Shown here piece after piece: positions 49,578-62,194 of a stretch of DNA of 64,000 nucleotides. The stretch is taken from NCBI GenBank assembly GCA_963725865.1, contig CAVSAC010000012.1, positions 512,001 through 576,000 of the forward strand, given 5' to 3'. Source of the DNA: Candidatus Eiseniibacteriota bacterium (GTDB lineage Bacteria; Eisenbacteria; RBG-16-71-46). Every line of letters begins with the position of its first letter. Position 1 is the stretch's first letter. Both the position numbers and the translations under genes were made by a program. The notes below the pieces were generated by a model that was not told the origin of the DNA, searched no databases, and saw only the letters and a program-made list of their open reading frames with translations.

Positions 49578-52249
49578 GCGCCACCTGCAAGGTCACGATC
49601 GACGGCCGCACCGTCGAGGTGCCGGCCGGAACGCTCATCACCGACGCGGCCCGCGCGGCCGAGGTGCACGTTCCGGTGTTCTGCTCCCATCGCAAACTCC
49701 CGCCGCTCGGCGCGTGCCGCATCTGCGTCGTCGAAGTGGGCACGCCGAAGCTCGGCCCCGACCGCAAGCCGGTGCTGAAGCTCGATGGCAGCCCCGAGAT
49801 CGCCTGGATGCCCAAGGTGCAGACCGGCTGCACCACGCCGGTGTCGGACGGCATGCAGGTGCGCACCCAGTCGCCCGCCGCGATCAAGGCGCGCGAGGGC
49901 GTGATGGAGTTCCTGCTGGTGAACCACCCGCTCGACTGCCCGGTGTGCGACGAGGGCGGGGAGTGCCAGCTCCAGGATCTCGCGTTCGCGTTCGGCCACG
50001 ACTTCTCGCGCATGCAGGAGGCCAAGCGCACGTTCGTCTCCGAGGACCTCGGTCCGATCGTCAAGAAGGAGGCGAACCGCTGCATCGTGTGCATGCGCTG
50101 CGTGCGCTATTGCGACGAGATCATGGGCGAGGACGCCCTGACCGCGCACCAGCGGGGCGTGCTCACCGAGATCTCCTCGTTCAATCGCCAGCCGCTCGAG
50201 TGCGAGCAGTGCGGCAACTGCATCGAGGTGTGCCCGGTGGGAGCGCTCACCGCGCTGCCCTACCGCTTCAAGGCACGCCCGTGGGACCTGCGCCAGCACA
50301 TCACCATCTGCCCGTACTGCTCCAACGGCTGCTCCGTGCGCCTCGGCGTGCGCGGCATGGAGGTGCTGCGCGCGCGCGGCACCGAGTACCGCGGCGTGAA
50401 CCAAGAGTATCTGTGCGTGCGCGGGCGCTTCGGCTACGAGTTCGTGAACCGCGACGACCGACTCGCGAGCCCGTTGGTGCGCGACGGCGGCACGCTGCGC
50501 CCGGCCGGCTTCGACGAAGCGGTGGCGATCGCGGCGACGCGGTTGCGCGACCTGGTGGTCGCGCACGGCCCGAACGCGGTCGCGTTCCTCGGCGGCGAGA
50601 AGCTCACGCTCGAGGAGCAGTACCTGTTCCAGAAGCTCGCGCGGGCGGTGGTCGGCACGCACTCGATCGACGCCCGCACCCGCTTCACCTCGCGCGTGGC
50701 CGGCGACGCCCTGCTGCGCGCCACCGGCGGCGGCCGTCCGGCGCTCTCGTTCGCCGAACTGGCCGAGGCGGACGAGGTGCTGGTGCTCGGCGACGACCTG
50801 CAGGGCGAGTCGCCGTTCGCGCAGGCGCGGCTGATCCAGGGCCAGCACCAGCGCGGCACCCACCTGACGATCGCTCACCCGCGGCGCGTGAAGCTGACGC
50901 GCGTCAAGTTCGGCGCCGACCATCTCGCGCTCACGCCCGGCAGCGAGCTGGCGCTCCTGAACGGACTCACTCGCGCCGCACTCGAGCTGGGAGTGCCGGC
51001 CGACCTGCCGCCCGCGGTCGCGCAGGGGATGGCGGCGCTCCCGGCGGCGCTCGCGGCGTGGACGCCCGAGAAGGTGGCGGCGGCGACCGGCGTGCCGGCG
51101 GCCGCGGTGACCGCCGCGGCGAGACGACTGCGCGAGTCCCGGCGCGGTGCGCTGCTGTTCGGGCGCGCGATCGCCGAGCACCCGCAGGCGCCGGCGCTGC
51201 TGCAGGCGATCGAGAACCTCGGCTGGGCGAGCGGCCTGCTGGGCGCGACGCGCTCGCGCGTGATGTACCTGGGTCCGCACAGCGGCAGCCAGGGCGCGCT
51301 CGACATGGGGCTCACGCCCGACCGGCTGCCGGGCTACGTGGCCGCCACGGACGCGGCGGCGACCCAGCCGTTCGCGCAGCAATGGCAGTGCTCGCTGCCC
51401 GCGACCGCGGGGCTGTCGGCGCCCGAGATCCTGCGCGGCGCGGCCGAGGGCCGCGTGAAGGCGCTGTGGATCGTGAGCGACGAGTGGCTGCGGAGCGCGC
51501 CCGATCGCGCGCTGGCCGAGCAGGCGCTCGCGAAGGCCGAGCTGGTGATCGTCAGCGAGCTGTTCCTGACCGCGACCGCGCGGCAGGCGCACGTGGTGTT
51601 CCCGGTCGCCTCCTTCGCCGAGAAGGAAGGCGTGATGGTGAACTGCGAACGCCGCCTGCAGCGCTCCGCACGCGCGCTGTCGCCGCGCCGCGGCACGCGC
51701 CCGGACGGCGAGGTGTTCCAGGCGGTCGCCCGCGCGCTCGGAGCGCACTGGTCGTATCGCGGCCCCGAGGACGTCTACCGCGAGATCGCCCGGCTGGTGC
51801 CGGGCTTCCACGGCACCTCGTGGGCCACGCTGCTGCCGCTGGGGCCCCAGTGGTCGCGCGAGACCCCGCTGCCCGCGGGAGTGGCGGCGGCCGACGGCGC
51901 GCCCGCCGCGCACGGCGAGGGCCTGTGGCTGCTCGCGGGTGGAACGCTGTTCCTGCAGGGCAGCCTCTCGTACCGCGGCACGACGCTGCCGGGACTCGCG
52001 AAGGCCGCGCGCGCCGCGCTGCACCCGAGCGAGGCGCGGCGGCTCGGCGTGGCGGACGGCGACGTGATCGAGCTCGCGGGGCCGGGAGGCGTGGTGAAGC
52101 TGCCGGCGGTGCTCGACGACGGAGTGCCGGCGGGCAGCGTGTTCGTGCCGTACGCGTACGCCGAGGTCGAACTCAACCGGCTCGGCGCCCCTGCGGGCGC
52201 CGGCCTCAAGGTCCGCGTGTCGAAGTCGGGCATGCCGGCCCACGTATAG
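49574..52249 (+). CDS. nuoG: NADH-quinone oxidoreductase subunit G
   Basis: GACRIC, HPLDCPVCDEGGEC, CIVCMRCVRYC, CEQCGNCIEVCP, CPYCSNGC. Confidence 0.93.
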   Translation: MSATCKVTIDGRTVEVPAGTLITDAARAAEVHVPVFCSHRKLPPLGACRICVVEVGTPKLGPDRKPVLKLDGSPEIAWMPKVQTGCTTPVSDGMQVRTQSPAAIKAREGVMEFLLVNHPLDCPVCDEGGECQLQDLAFAFGHDFSRMQEAKRTFVSEDLGPIVKKEANRCIVCMRCVRYCDEIMGEDALTAHQRGVLTEISSFNRQPLECEQCGNCIEVCPVGALTALPYRFKARPWDLRQHITICPYCSNGCSVRLGVRGMEVLRARGTEYRGVNQEYLCVRGRFGYEFVNRDDRLASPLVRDGGTLRPAGFDEAVAIAATRLRDLVVAHGPNAVAFLGGEKLTLEEQYLFQKLARAVVGTHSIDARTRFTSRVAGDALLRATGGGRPALSFAELAEADEVLVLGDDLQGESPFAQARLIQGQHQRGTHLTIAHPRRVKLTRVKFGADHLALTPGSELALLNGLTRAALELGVPADLPPAVAQGMAALPAALAAWTPEKVAAATGVPAAAVTAAARRLRESRRGALLFGRAIAEHPQAPALLQAIENLGWASGLLGATRSRVMYLGPHSGSQGALDMGLTPDRLPGYVAATDAAATQPFAQQWQCSLPATAGLSAPEILRGAAEGRVKALWIVSDEWLRSAPDRALAEQALAKAELVIVSELFLTATARQAHVVFPVASFAEKEGVMVNCERRLQRSARALSPRRGTRPDGEVFQAVARALGAHWSYRGPEDVYREIARLVPGFHGTSWATLLPLGPQWSRETPLPAGVAAADGAPAAHGEGLWLLAGGTLFLQGSLSYRGTTLPGLAKAARAALHPSEARRLGVADGDVIELAGPGGVVKLPAVLDDGVPAGSVFVPYAYAEVELNRLGAPAGAGLKVRVSKSGMPAHV

Positions 52250-52262
52250 GAGCGCGCGAGGG

Positions 52263-53288
52263 ATGGCCGCACTCTGGAGCAACCCGGACGTCCAGTACCT
52301 CGTCTGGATCCTCGTGAAGCTGGTCGTCATCCTGCTGGCGCTGCTCGGCGTGGTCTCGTACCTGATCTGGATCGAGCGCAAGGTCGCGGGCCACATGCAG
52401 GCGCGCACCGGCCCCAACCGCGTCGGGCCTTTCGGCCTGCTGCAGCCGGTCGCCGACATCGCCAAGCTGTTCCTCAAGGAGGAGTTCATCGCGGCGGACG
52501 CGAACCTGGTCGTCTACCACATCGCCCCCGTGCTCGCGGTGATCCCGGCGATGGTGGTGTTCTCGGTGCTGCCGCTCGGCCCCGCGGTGACGGTCACCGA
52601 CGTGAACGTCGGCCTGCTGGTGTTCCTCGCGATGTCCAGCCTGGGCGTGTACGCGATCACGCTCGCGGGCTGGTCCTCGAACAACAAGTACGCGCTGCTG
52701 GGCGGCCTGCGGTCGGCGGCGCAGATGATCTCGTACGAGCTCAGCATGGGACTCGCGACCGTCGGGCCGATCCTGCTCGCGGGCACGCTGTCGCTGACCG
52801 GGATCGTCGAGGCGCAGAGCGCGGTCGTGCACCTCGGCCCGCTGCCCTTGCCGGGCTGGTACGTGCTGTTCCAGCCGCTCGGCTTCGTGATCTTCATGAT
52901 CACGGCGTTCGCCGAGACCAACCGCGCGCCGTTCGACCTCCCCGAGGCCGAGGCCGAGCTGGTGGCCGGCTTCCACACCGAGTACTCGTCGATGAAGTGG
53001 GGGATGTTCTTCCTCGGCGAGTACATGAACATCATCGCGATCTGCGGCATCGCCACCGCGCTGTTCCTGGGCGGCTGGAACGGGCCGTTCCTGCCCGACT
53101 ACCTGAAGGTGCTGTGGTTCCTCGCCAAGGTCTCGGTGCTGTTGTTCCTCTTCATCTGGGTGCGCTGGACCTTCCCGCGCCTCCGCTACGACCAGCTCAT
53201 GAACCTGGGCTGGAAGGTGCTGCTGCCGGCTTCGATCGTGAACATCGTCGTCACGGCGCTGCTGATCTACTGGAGTCAGCCCGCATGA
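52263..53288 (+). CDS. nuoH: NADH-quinone oxidoreductase subunit H
   Basis: ERKV...[37 protein letters not shown]. Confidence 0.95.
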   Translation: MAALWSNPDVQYLVWILVKLVVILLALLGVVSYLIWIERKVAGHMQARTGPNRVGPFGLLQPVADIAKLFLKEEFIAADANLVVYHIAPVLAVIPAMVVFSVLPLGPAVTVTDVNVGLLVFLAMSSLGVYAITLAGWSSNNKYALLGGLRSAAQMISYELSMGLATVGPILLAGTLSLTGIVEAQSAVVHLGPLPLPGWYVLFQPLGFVIFMITAFAETNRAPFDLPEAEAELVAGFHTEYSSMKWGMFFLGEYMNIIAICGIATALFLGGWNGPFLPDYLKVLWFLAKVSVLLFLFIWVRWTFPRLRYDQLMNLGWKVLLPASIVNIVVTALLIYWSQPA

Positions 53289-53845
53289 GCCTCGTCCAGG
53301 TGCTGTTCCTCGTGTTCGGCGCCCTGCTCGCGGTGTCGAGCCTGATGGTCATCCTGCAGCGCAACCCGGTCTCGAGCGCGCTGTTCCTGGTGCTGGCGTT
53401 CGTGTCGCTGGGGGCGATCTACCTGACCCTGCATGCCGAGTTCCTCGGCATGGTGCAGATCATCGTCTACGCCGGCGCCATCATGGTGCTGTTCCTGTTC
53501 GTGATCATGTACCTGAACCTCAAGCACGACGTGGAGACCGGGGTGCAGATCGCGCTGCGGCGCGGCTTCGGTTGGCTGCTCGGCGCACTCGTGCTGGGAT
53601 TCGCGGTGCTGCTCGCGCGCCGCGGCTGGGCGCCCGGGCCGGTCTCGGAGGCGGTGCCCTCGATGGCCGGCAACACCGAGCAGATCGGCGTCGCGCTCTA
53701 CACGCGGTACCTGTTTCCGTTCGAAATCACGTCGATGGTGCTCCTGGTCGCCATGGTGGGCGCCATCGTGATCACCCGCGGTCGTCGCGCCCCGAGCGCC
53801 ACGGCCCCCCAGGCGGACCCGGCGGAAGGAGGGGCGTCCCGATGA
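53285..53845 (+). CDS. nuoJ: NADH-quinone oxidoreductase subunit J
   Basis: [31 protein letters not shown]. Confidence 0.93.
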   Translation: MSLVQVLFLVFGALLAVSSLMVILQRNPVSSALFLVLAFVSLGAIYLTLHAEFLGMVQIIVYAGAIMVLFLFVIMYLNLKHDVETGVQIALRRGFGWLLGALVLGFAVLLARRGWAPGPVSEAVPSMAGNTEQIGVALYTRYLFPFEITSMVLLVAMVGAIVITRGRRAPSATAPQADPAEGGASR

Positions 53846-54144
53846 TCCCGCTCGGATGGAGCCTCGCGCTGAGCGCGCTGGTGTTCACCATCGGCCTCGT
53901 CGGCGTGCTGGTGCGCCGCAACGCGCTCGTCATCTTCATGTCGATCGAATTGATGCTCAATGCCGCCAACCTGGCGTTCGTGGCGTTCGCGCGGCACGCG
54001 GGCTCGGTGGACGGCCAGGTGTTCGTGTTCTTCGTCATGACCGTCGCGGCGGCCGAGGTCGCCGTCGGGCTCGCGATCATCGTCAACATGTTCCGACTCC
54101 GCGAGACGGTGTTCGTGGACGAGATCAACCTGCTGAAAGGCTGA
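53842..54144 (+). CDS. nuoK: NADH-quinone oxidoreductase subunit K
   Basis: RRNAL...[17 protein letters not shown]. Confidence 0.94.
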   Translation: MIPLGWSLALSALVFTIGLVGVLVRRNALVIFMSIELMLNAANLAFVAFARHAGSVDGQVFVFFVMTVAAAEVAVGLAIIVNMFRLRETVFVDEINLLKG

Positions 54145-54151
54145 GCGACCC

Positions 54152-56092
<1,941 letters not shown>

Positions 56093-56093
56093 C

Positions 56094-57644
56094 GTGAACG
56101 GATACTACCTGACCTCCCTGTTCGTCCTGCCGCTCGTGGGCGCGGTCGTGACCGCCATGATGCGGCCCGACGCGCGGCGCGCCATCCGCGTCTCGGCGAC
56201 CGCCTTCGCGCTCGCGGAGCTGCTGCTCTCGCTGCCGCTCTGGTGGCGCTACCTGCCGGGCCAGGCCGGCTGGCAGTTCGAGGAGCAACGCCCGTGGCTG
56301 CCGGCGATCGGCGCCACGTACCACCTCGGCGTCGACGGCATCAGCGTGCTGCTCATCCTGCTCACCACGCTCCTCACGCTGGTCGCGGTGGTGGGGGCGT
56401 ACGGCGCGGTCGAGAAGCGCGCGCGGGAGTTCTTCGCCCTGCTGCTGGCGCTCGAGGCCGGCATGCTCGGCACTTTCATGGCGCTCGACCTGGTGGTGTT
56501 CTACGTGTTCTGGGAGGCCATGCTCATCCCGATGTACCTGCTGATCGGGGTGTGGGGCGGCCAGCGGCGCATCTACGCGGCCGTGAAGTTCTTCCTCTTC
56601 ACGATGGCCGGCAGCGTGCTGATGCTGGTCGCGATCCTGTGGCTGTACTCCATGAACAAGAACGCCACCGGCGTCGCCTCGTTCGACCTCGACGTGCTCT
56701 ACCGCCTGCCGATCGCGGCGGCGGCGCAGACCTGGATGTTCCTGGCGTTCGCGGTCGCGTTCGCGATCAAGGTGCCGATGTTCCCGTTCCACACCTGGCT
56801 GCCGGACGCGCACGTCGAGGCGCCGACCGCGGGCTCGGTGATCCTGGCCGCCGTGCTCCTCAAGATGGGCACCTACGGCTTCCTGCGCTTCGCCATCCCG
56901 CTGTTCCCGGCCGCCTCGACGCTGTTCACTCCGTGGATCGCGGGGCTCGCGCTGGTCGGCATCGTGTACGGCGCGCTGGTCGCGATGGTGCAGCCCGACC
57001 TGAAGAAGCTGGTCGCGTACTCGTCCGTGAGCCACCTGGGGTTCTGCATGCTCGGCATCTACGCCATGAACCCGCAAGGCATGGCGGGCGCGATGCTCCA
57101 GATGCTGAATCACGGTGTCTCGACCGGGGCGTTGTTCATGCTGGTCGGCGTGGTGTACGAACGGCGCCACACCCGGATGATCAAGGACTTCGGCGGCCTC
57201 TGGAAGCCGCTGCCGGTCTACGCGTCGGTCTTCCTCGTCGTGATGCTCTCGTCGATCGGGCTACCGGGGACCAACGGATTCGTGGGCGAGTTCCTGGTGC
57301 TGCTGGGCGCGTTCCGCGCGAATCCCGTGTGGGGCGTGGTGGCGACGAGCGGCGTCATCCTGTCGGCGGTCTACATGCTGTGGATGTTCCAGCGCGTGAT
57401 GTTCGGCCCCGTGACGCACCCCGAGAACGAGAAGCTCTCCGACCTGTCGTTCCGCGAGCGCCTGGTGTTCGCGCCGCTGCTGATCCTGATCTTCTGGATC
57501 GGCTTCATGCCGCAGCCGTTCCTCGATCGCATGCAGCCGTCGCTCGACCGCACCGTGGAGCTGGCGCAGCTCCGCACCGCGCTGAGCGCGCCGCCGCCCG
57601 CCGCCGCGGTGATCCCGGCCCCGCCGGAAGGAGGCGCGCGATGA
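56094..57644 (+). CDS. nuoM: NADH-quinone oxidoreductase subunit M
   Basis: FYVFWE, KVPMFPFHTWLPDAHVEAPT, AYSSVSH. Confidence 0.95.
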   Translation: MNGYYLTSLFVLPLVGAVVTAMMRPDARRAIRVSATAFALAELLLSLPLWWRYLPGQAGWQFEEQRPWLPAIGATYHLGVDGISVLLILLTTLLTLVAVVGAYGAVEKRAREFFALLLALEAGMLGTFMALDLVVFYVFWEAMLIPMYLLIGVWGGQRRIYAAVKFFLFTMAGSVLMLVAILWLYSMNKNATGVASFDLDVLYRLPIAAAAQTWMFLAFAVAFAIKVPMFPFHTWLPDAHVEAPTAGSVILAAVLLKMGTYGFLRFAIPLFPAASTLFTPWIAGLALVGIVYGALVAMVQPDLKKLVAYSSVSHLGFCMLGIYAMNPQGMAGAMLQMLNHGVSTGALFMLVGVVYERRHTRMIKDFGGLWKPLPVYASVFLVVMLSSIGLPGTNGFVGEFLVLLGAFRANPVWGVVATSGVILSAVYMLWMFQRVMFGPVTHPENEKLSDLSFRERLVFAPLLILIFWIGFMPQPFLDRMQPSLDRTVELAQLRTALSAPPPAAAVIPAPPEGGAR

Positions 57645-59107
57645 CGCCGTTCGCCATGCCCGCGTTCCTGCCGGTCGACTGGTGGGCGATGGGGGCGATC
57701 ATCGCGCTGACCCTCGGCACGCTGGTACTGCTGATGCTGGAGTTCATCCCGGTTCGCGAGGGGAGCCCGCGGGGGGCGATCGTCGCGCTGCTCACGTTCC
57801 TCGCCGCCGGTGCTTCGGTCTACCGCGTGAGCGATGCGCGCCGGTCGCTGTTCGACGGCATGCTGGTGCACGACGGATTCACGGTGTTCTTCACGCTGCT
57901 GCTGTGCGCGATCGGCGTGCTCTCCGTGCTGCTGTCGTGGGACTACGTGCGCCGCACGCGCATCAACCAGGCCGAGTACTATGCGCTGCTGCTGTGCTCG
58001 ACGATGGGCATGATCGTGATGGCGGCGTCGAACGATCTCATCACGGTGTTCCTCGGGCTCGAGCTGATGTCGCTCGCGCTGTACGTGCTCGTCGGCTTCC
58101 GCCGCAGCCGCCTGGAGTCGAACGAGGCGGCGATGAAGTACTTCCTGCTCGGGGCGTTCGCGAGCGGGTTCCTGCTCTACGGCATCGCGCTGCTCTACGG
58201 CGCCACCGGCACCACGAACCTGCCGGCCATGGCGCGGTTCCTCGCCGGCTCGCCGATGCTCGGCAACCCGCTGTTCGTGATGGGGCTCGTGCTGCTGCTG
58301 GTCGGCTTCGCGTTCAAGGTCTCCGCGGTGCCGTTCCACATGTGGACCCCCGACGCCTACGAGGGGGCGCCCACGTCGGTGACGGCCTTCATGTCGGTCG
58401 GCGCCAAGGCGGCGGGATTCGCGGCGCTGCTGCGGGTGGCGCTGAACGTGATGGGCGACGTGCACGCCCAGTGGGTGCCGGTGCTGTCGTGGATCGCCAT
58501 CCTCACCATGACGGTCGGCAACGTCACCGCGCTCATGCAGGCGAACCTCAAGCGCATGCTCGCATACTCCAGCATCGCGCACGCCGGGTACATCCTGGTC
58601 GCGGTCATCGCGGGTGGCCGGGACGGCGCGGCGGCCGCTTTGTTCTATCTGGTGGTGTACGCGTTCATGAACCTCGGCGCGTTCGGCATCCTGACGATGC
58701 TCGGCAAGGACATCGACGAGCGCGTGCTGATGGCGGACGTGCAGGGACTGGGCTTCCGCCAGCCGCTGCTGGGCCTGGCGCTCACGCTGTTCATGATCTC
58801 GCTGGCCGGCATCCCGCCGACCGCGGGCTTCATGGGCAAGTTCATCGTGTTCAAGGCCGCCCTGCAGCAGGGACTCGTTCCGCTGGTGATCGTCGGCGTG
58901 CTGAACAGCGTGATCAGCCTGTACTACTACCTGCGCGTCACCGTCGCGCTGTACATGCAGGAGCCGCAGGGCGAGCCGACGCACGTCTCGTGGGCGGTGC
59001 CCGGCACGCTGGCGCTGGTGGCGGCCGCGGCGGTCACCGTGTGGGTCGGACTGCAGGCGAGCGGTCTGCTCGAGATGGCGCAGCGCTCGGTGCTGGGGCT
59101 GATGTAG
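57641..59107 (+). CDS. nuoN: NADH-quinone oxidoreductase subunit N
   Basis: EAAMKYF, FKVSAVPFHMWTPDAYEGAP, KRMLAYSSIAH. Confidence 0.95.
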   Translation: MTPFAMPAFLPVDWWAMGAIIALTLGTLVLLMLEFIPVREGSPRGAIVALLTFLAAGASVYRVSDARRSLFDGMLVHDGFTVFFTLLLCAIGVLSVLLSWDYVRRTRINQAEYYALLLCSTMGMIVMAASNDLITVFLGLELMSLALYVLVGFRRSRLESNEAAMKYFLLGAFASGFLLYGIALLYGATGTTNLPAMARFLAGSPMLGNPLFVMGLVLLLVGFAFKVSAVPFHMWTPDAYEGAPTSVTAFMSVGAKAAGFAALLRVALNVMGDVHAQWVPVLSWIAILTMTVGNVTALMQANLKRMLAYSSIAHAGYILVAVIAGGRDGAAAALFYLVVYAFMNLGAFGILTMLGKDIDERVLMADVQGLGFRQPLLGLALTLFMISLAGIPPTAGFMGKFIVFKAALQQGLVPLVIVGVLNSVISLYYYLRVTVALYMQEPQGEPTHVSWAVPGTLALVAAAAVTVWVGLQASGLLEMAQRSVLGLM

Positions 59108-60959
59108 CGGACGGCGCGCCGCCGTCGATGCGGCGCCCGAGGCGGGCGAGCGCCCCGCGCACCGTCCCGGAGGCGGGGCGGGCGCGCCACGCCGCGGCGA
59201 GGTGCGCGCGCGCCTCGTCCGCGCGGCCATCGAGCAGGGCGAGGTTCGCGAGCAGGAACTCCGCCCGCGCATTCCACGGCGAGCTCGCGGACATGCGGAG
59301 CAGTTCCGCGCGCGCGGCGGACCGGAACGCGGTGTCCGCCGCCGCCAGGCGACCCATCACCGCGAGCGCCGCCTCGCCGCCCGGCACGTGGCGGAAACCG
59401 CGCCGCCGCGCCACCGGCTCCAGCGGTCCGCCGTGTCGCACCCACAGCGCGCCGGCGTCGTCACGGAACACCAGCGCGAACTCGCCGCCGGCGTCGAGCA
59501 CGTCGTGGAGCGTCTCGCCGGGATCCTGGGAGCCCGGCAGCAGCACCCAGTCGAAGCGATGGCGGGCGTCCATCGCCGCGAACCCGGCCGCGCTCGTGAA
59601 CGCGGCCGGGAGCAGCGCGAGGTCCTCCGGGAGGCCGGACTGGTGGATGTCCATGAACGGCAGTCGCGAGCGGTCGGGCGCGAAGCGCCACAATAGATAC
59701 CCGCCCTGGTCGAAGCGGTTGAAGCCGCGGCCGCGGATGCCCTCGCGCTCCATGAAGTCGCACGCCCGCTCGGGAACGGCGCGCGGATCGATCCCCGGCG
59801 CGGGGGCGAAGCCCGGCTGCGTCCACGCCAGCGCCGCCAGCGCCGCGCAGGCGGCCACCGTGAGCGCGGCGCGCACACCCGCCGGGCGCGCCCACGCCGG
59901 CGCGCGGACGGCGGCGAGCGCGCCCGCGAGGTCGCGGGCCGCGAACGGCAGCGCCACCACCGCGTAGAGCCCGATGAAGCGCTGCGTGCTCCACGCCAGC
60001 GCGGTGGCACCGGCGCACAGCAGCGCCTCGGCGAGGTCCGGCCCGTGGCGCCGCGCGCGTTCCGCCAGCAGCAGCGGCCAGCCGAAGAACAGCAGCGGGA
60101 GGCCATCCCTCCAGCGCGCGAGCGGATCGAGCGCGCGCAGCTCCGGGATCGACCGGAACAGCGCCAGGTCGCGCTGGTGCAGCACGAAGTCGAACGGCTG
60201 CGCGAGCGCACGCGCGCCGCCGGGGTTCACGAACGAGACCGCGAGCGCCGCCGCGGCGATCGTCCACAGCCGCGCCGGTGCGGGTGCGCGGCCGGTGGCC
60301 GGACGCCACGCGTCGAGGTGCTCCTGCGCCAGGTAGGCGAGGGTCACGAGTGGCCCCAGGTACCACGTCAGGTGCGCGTTCGCCCAGGCCCATGCGATTG
60401 GCACCAGCCACCACGCCGGATCGGGCCCGCCCCGCGCGCGGCCCGGCCGGCGGCACGCCTCGAGCACCGCGACCTGGAGCGCCAGCAGCACCGACACCAG
60501 CGTCTCGGGCCGCACCTGCGATCGGTGCCGCCACGTGAGCGCTGCGAGCACCAGCACCAGCGCCGTCGCGAACCCGCGGGCGCCGAGCCGCCGCGCGGTG
60601 GCGACGCCGATCCCGAGTGCGAGCGCGGCGGTCAGCCAGCGCCACGCGGCCAGCCCCCACGCGCCGCCGGCGACCCAGAACGGCCACAGCAGGGCGCGGA
60701 AGCCCCACGACGGCGTGACCTCGGGGCGGCCGTAGACCGGCCACGCCCAGCGATTGACCGTGGGCACGGCATGATCCGCCCAGATCGCGCGCCCGACGGC
60801 GAGGTGCTCCCAGACGTCGGGATCGGTGATCGGGAAGCTCACCGATCCCAGCACTACGAGCGCCGCGAACGCGAACGTCGCGAGCAACGCCGGGTGCGCG
60901 AGCGCCGGCGGCGTCGGCGCGGCGGCGGCCGCCGGCCGCGGCTTCAGGCCTCGGGCCAT
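59034..60959 (-). CDS. Polytopic membrane protein, GT-C-like, with C-terminal TPR-like helices
   Basis: DPDVWEHLAVG after TM1, RPE, WANAH, GGYLLW; ATG at 60959 overlaps the moeA end. Confidence 0.65.
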   Translation of the reverse strand: MARGLKPRPAAAAAPTPPALAHPALLATFAFAALVVLGSVSFPITDPDVWEHLAVGRAIWADHAVPTVNRWAWPVYGRPEVTPSWGFRALLWPFWVAGGAWGLAAWRWLTAALALGIGVATARRLGARGFATALVLVLAALTWRHRSQVRPETLVSVLLALQVAVLEACRRPGRARGGPDPAWWLVPIAWAWANAHLTWYLGPLVTLAYLAQEHLDAWRPATGRAPAPARLWTIAAAALAVSFVNPGGARALAQPFDFVLHQRDLALFRSIPELRALDPLARWRDGLPLLFFGWPLLLAERARRHGPDLAEALLCAGATALAWSTQRFIGLYAVVALPFAARDLAGALAAVRAPAWARPAGVRAALTVAACAALAALAWTQPGFAPAPGIDPRAVPERACDFMEREGIRGRGFNRFDQGGYLLWRFAPDRSRLPFMDIHQSGLPEDLALLPAAFTSAAGFAAMDARHRFDWVLLPGSQDPGETLHDVLDAGGEFALVFRDDAGALWVRHGGPLEPVARRRGFRHVPGGEAALAVMGRLAAADTAFRSAARAELLRMSASSPWNARAEFLLANLALLDGRADEARAHLAAAWRARPASGTVRGALARLGRRIDGGAPSATSAPAPSAAPSRADRSPAVRPTR

Positions 60960-62194
60960 CGCAGCAGCCACGCCTCGGCGACGGCGCCGCGCCCGAGTCC
61001 CGCGGCCTCCTCGGGCACCACCAGCAGCGCGTGGGCGCGCGACTGCGGAGCGAGGTGACCCGACACCTGCTCGCCCACCGGCGTGGCCCACCAGCCGTCG
61101 GGCTCCTGGGCGAGCGTCACGCGCACGAAGTCGGTGCGCCCCGCGTGCGAGGGCACCTCGACCGCCGCGCGCACGGATAGGCGCGGGCGGTCGAGCGCCG
61201 CGAATCCCTGCAGCGCGCGCAGCGCGGGACGCACCAGCGCCTCGAACACGCACGCCACCGAAGCCGGATTGCCCGGGAGACCGAAGAACAGCGCGCCGCC
61301 GGGAGCGCCGAACGCCTGCGGGCGGCCGGGGCGCATCGCGACGCGCCACAGCTCGAGGTCGCCGAGGGCCGCGAGGCTCTGCTTCACGGGGTCGAAGTCC
61401 CCGGCCGAGACGCCGCCGATCGAGAGCACCACGTCGGACGCCCCCAGCGCCACCCGCAGCGCGCGCGCCACCTCCTCGGCGCGGTCGCCCACCCGGCGCG
61501 TGTCCACCACGTCGGCGCCCGCGGCCGCGGCCAGCATTGCGAGCATCGGGCGGTTGCTGTCGCGGATCGCGCCCGGCCGCAGGGATTCGCCGGGCTCCAG
61601 CAGCTCGTCGCCCGTGGAGACGATCGACACCCGCGGCCGGCGACCCACGGTGACCTCGGTCGCGCCGAGCGAGGCGAGCAGCGCCAGATCGTGCGGGGAC
61701 AACTCGCGCCCGCGTGCCAGCACGCGCTCGCCGGCCCGCACGTCGGCGCCGGCGTGACGGACGTTCTCGGCCGCGCGCGCGGGACGCCCGATCCGCACCT
61801 GCCCGGGGTCCGCCCCCTCCAGCACGTCTTCGAAGGCGATCACTGCATCGGAGCCGGACGGCAGCGCGGCGCCGGTCATGATGCGAGCGGCCTCGCCCGG
61901 CCCCAGCACGCGGGTGGAGGCGTGACCCGCGGGCAGCACCACGGCCACGTGCAGGTGCACCGGCGCCTGCGGGGTCGCGCGCGCGAGGTCGGCGGCGCGC
62001 ACCGCGAACCCGTCCATGGCGCTGTTGTCGAACGGCGGGAGAGAGTGCGACGCGAGCGCGTCGGCCGCCAGCGCCCGTCCGTTGGCCGCGCCCAGCGGCA
62101 CCGACTCGGTGCCGAGCGGGCGCACCGCGGCGAGCACCCGCGCTCGCGCGGCGGCGTAGGTCAGCGCGCGCGGCTCAGGTCCGGGACCAGCCAC
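60944..62194 (-). CDS. moeA: Molybdopterin molybdotransferase
   Basis: [38 protein letters not shown]. Confidence 0.93.
   Translation of the reverse strand: MAGPGPEPRALTYAAARARVLAAVRPLGTESVPLGAANGRALAADALASHSLPPFDNSAMDGFAVRAADLARATPQAPVHLHVAVVLPAGHASTRVLGPGEAARIMTGAALPSGSDAVIAFEDVLEGADPGQVRIGRPARAAENVRHAGADVRAGERVLARGRELSPHDLALLASLGATEVTVGRRPRVSIVSTGDELLEPGESLRPGAIRDSNRPMLAMLAAAAGADVVDTRRVGDRAEEVARALRVALGASDVVLSIGGVSAGDFDPVKQSLAALGDLELWRVAMRPGRPQAFGAPGGALFFGLPGNPASVACVFEALVRPALRALQGFAALDRPRLSVRAAVEVPSHAGRTDFVRVTLAQEPDGWWATPVGEQVSGHLAPQSRAHALLVVPEEAAGLGRGAVAEAWLLRWPEA

Noticed and set aside
50650..50700. NuoG as an active molybdoenzyme (formate dehydrogenase-like), given nearby moaC, moeA and mobA
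   Set aside because: The segment equivalent to the Mo-ligand loop (HSIDARTRFTS) has no Cys or Sec, and the gene sits in a normal nuoF-G-H context.
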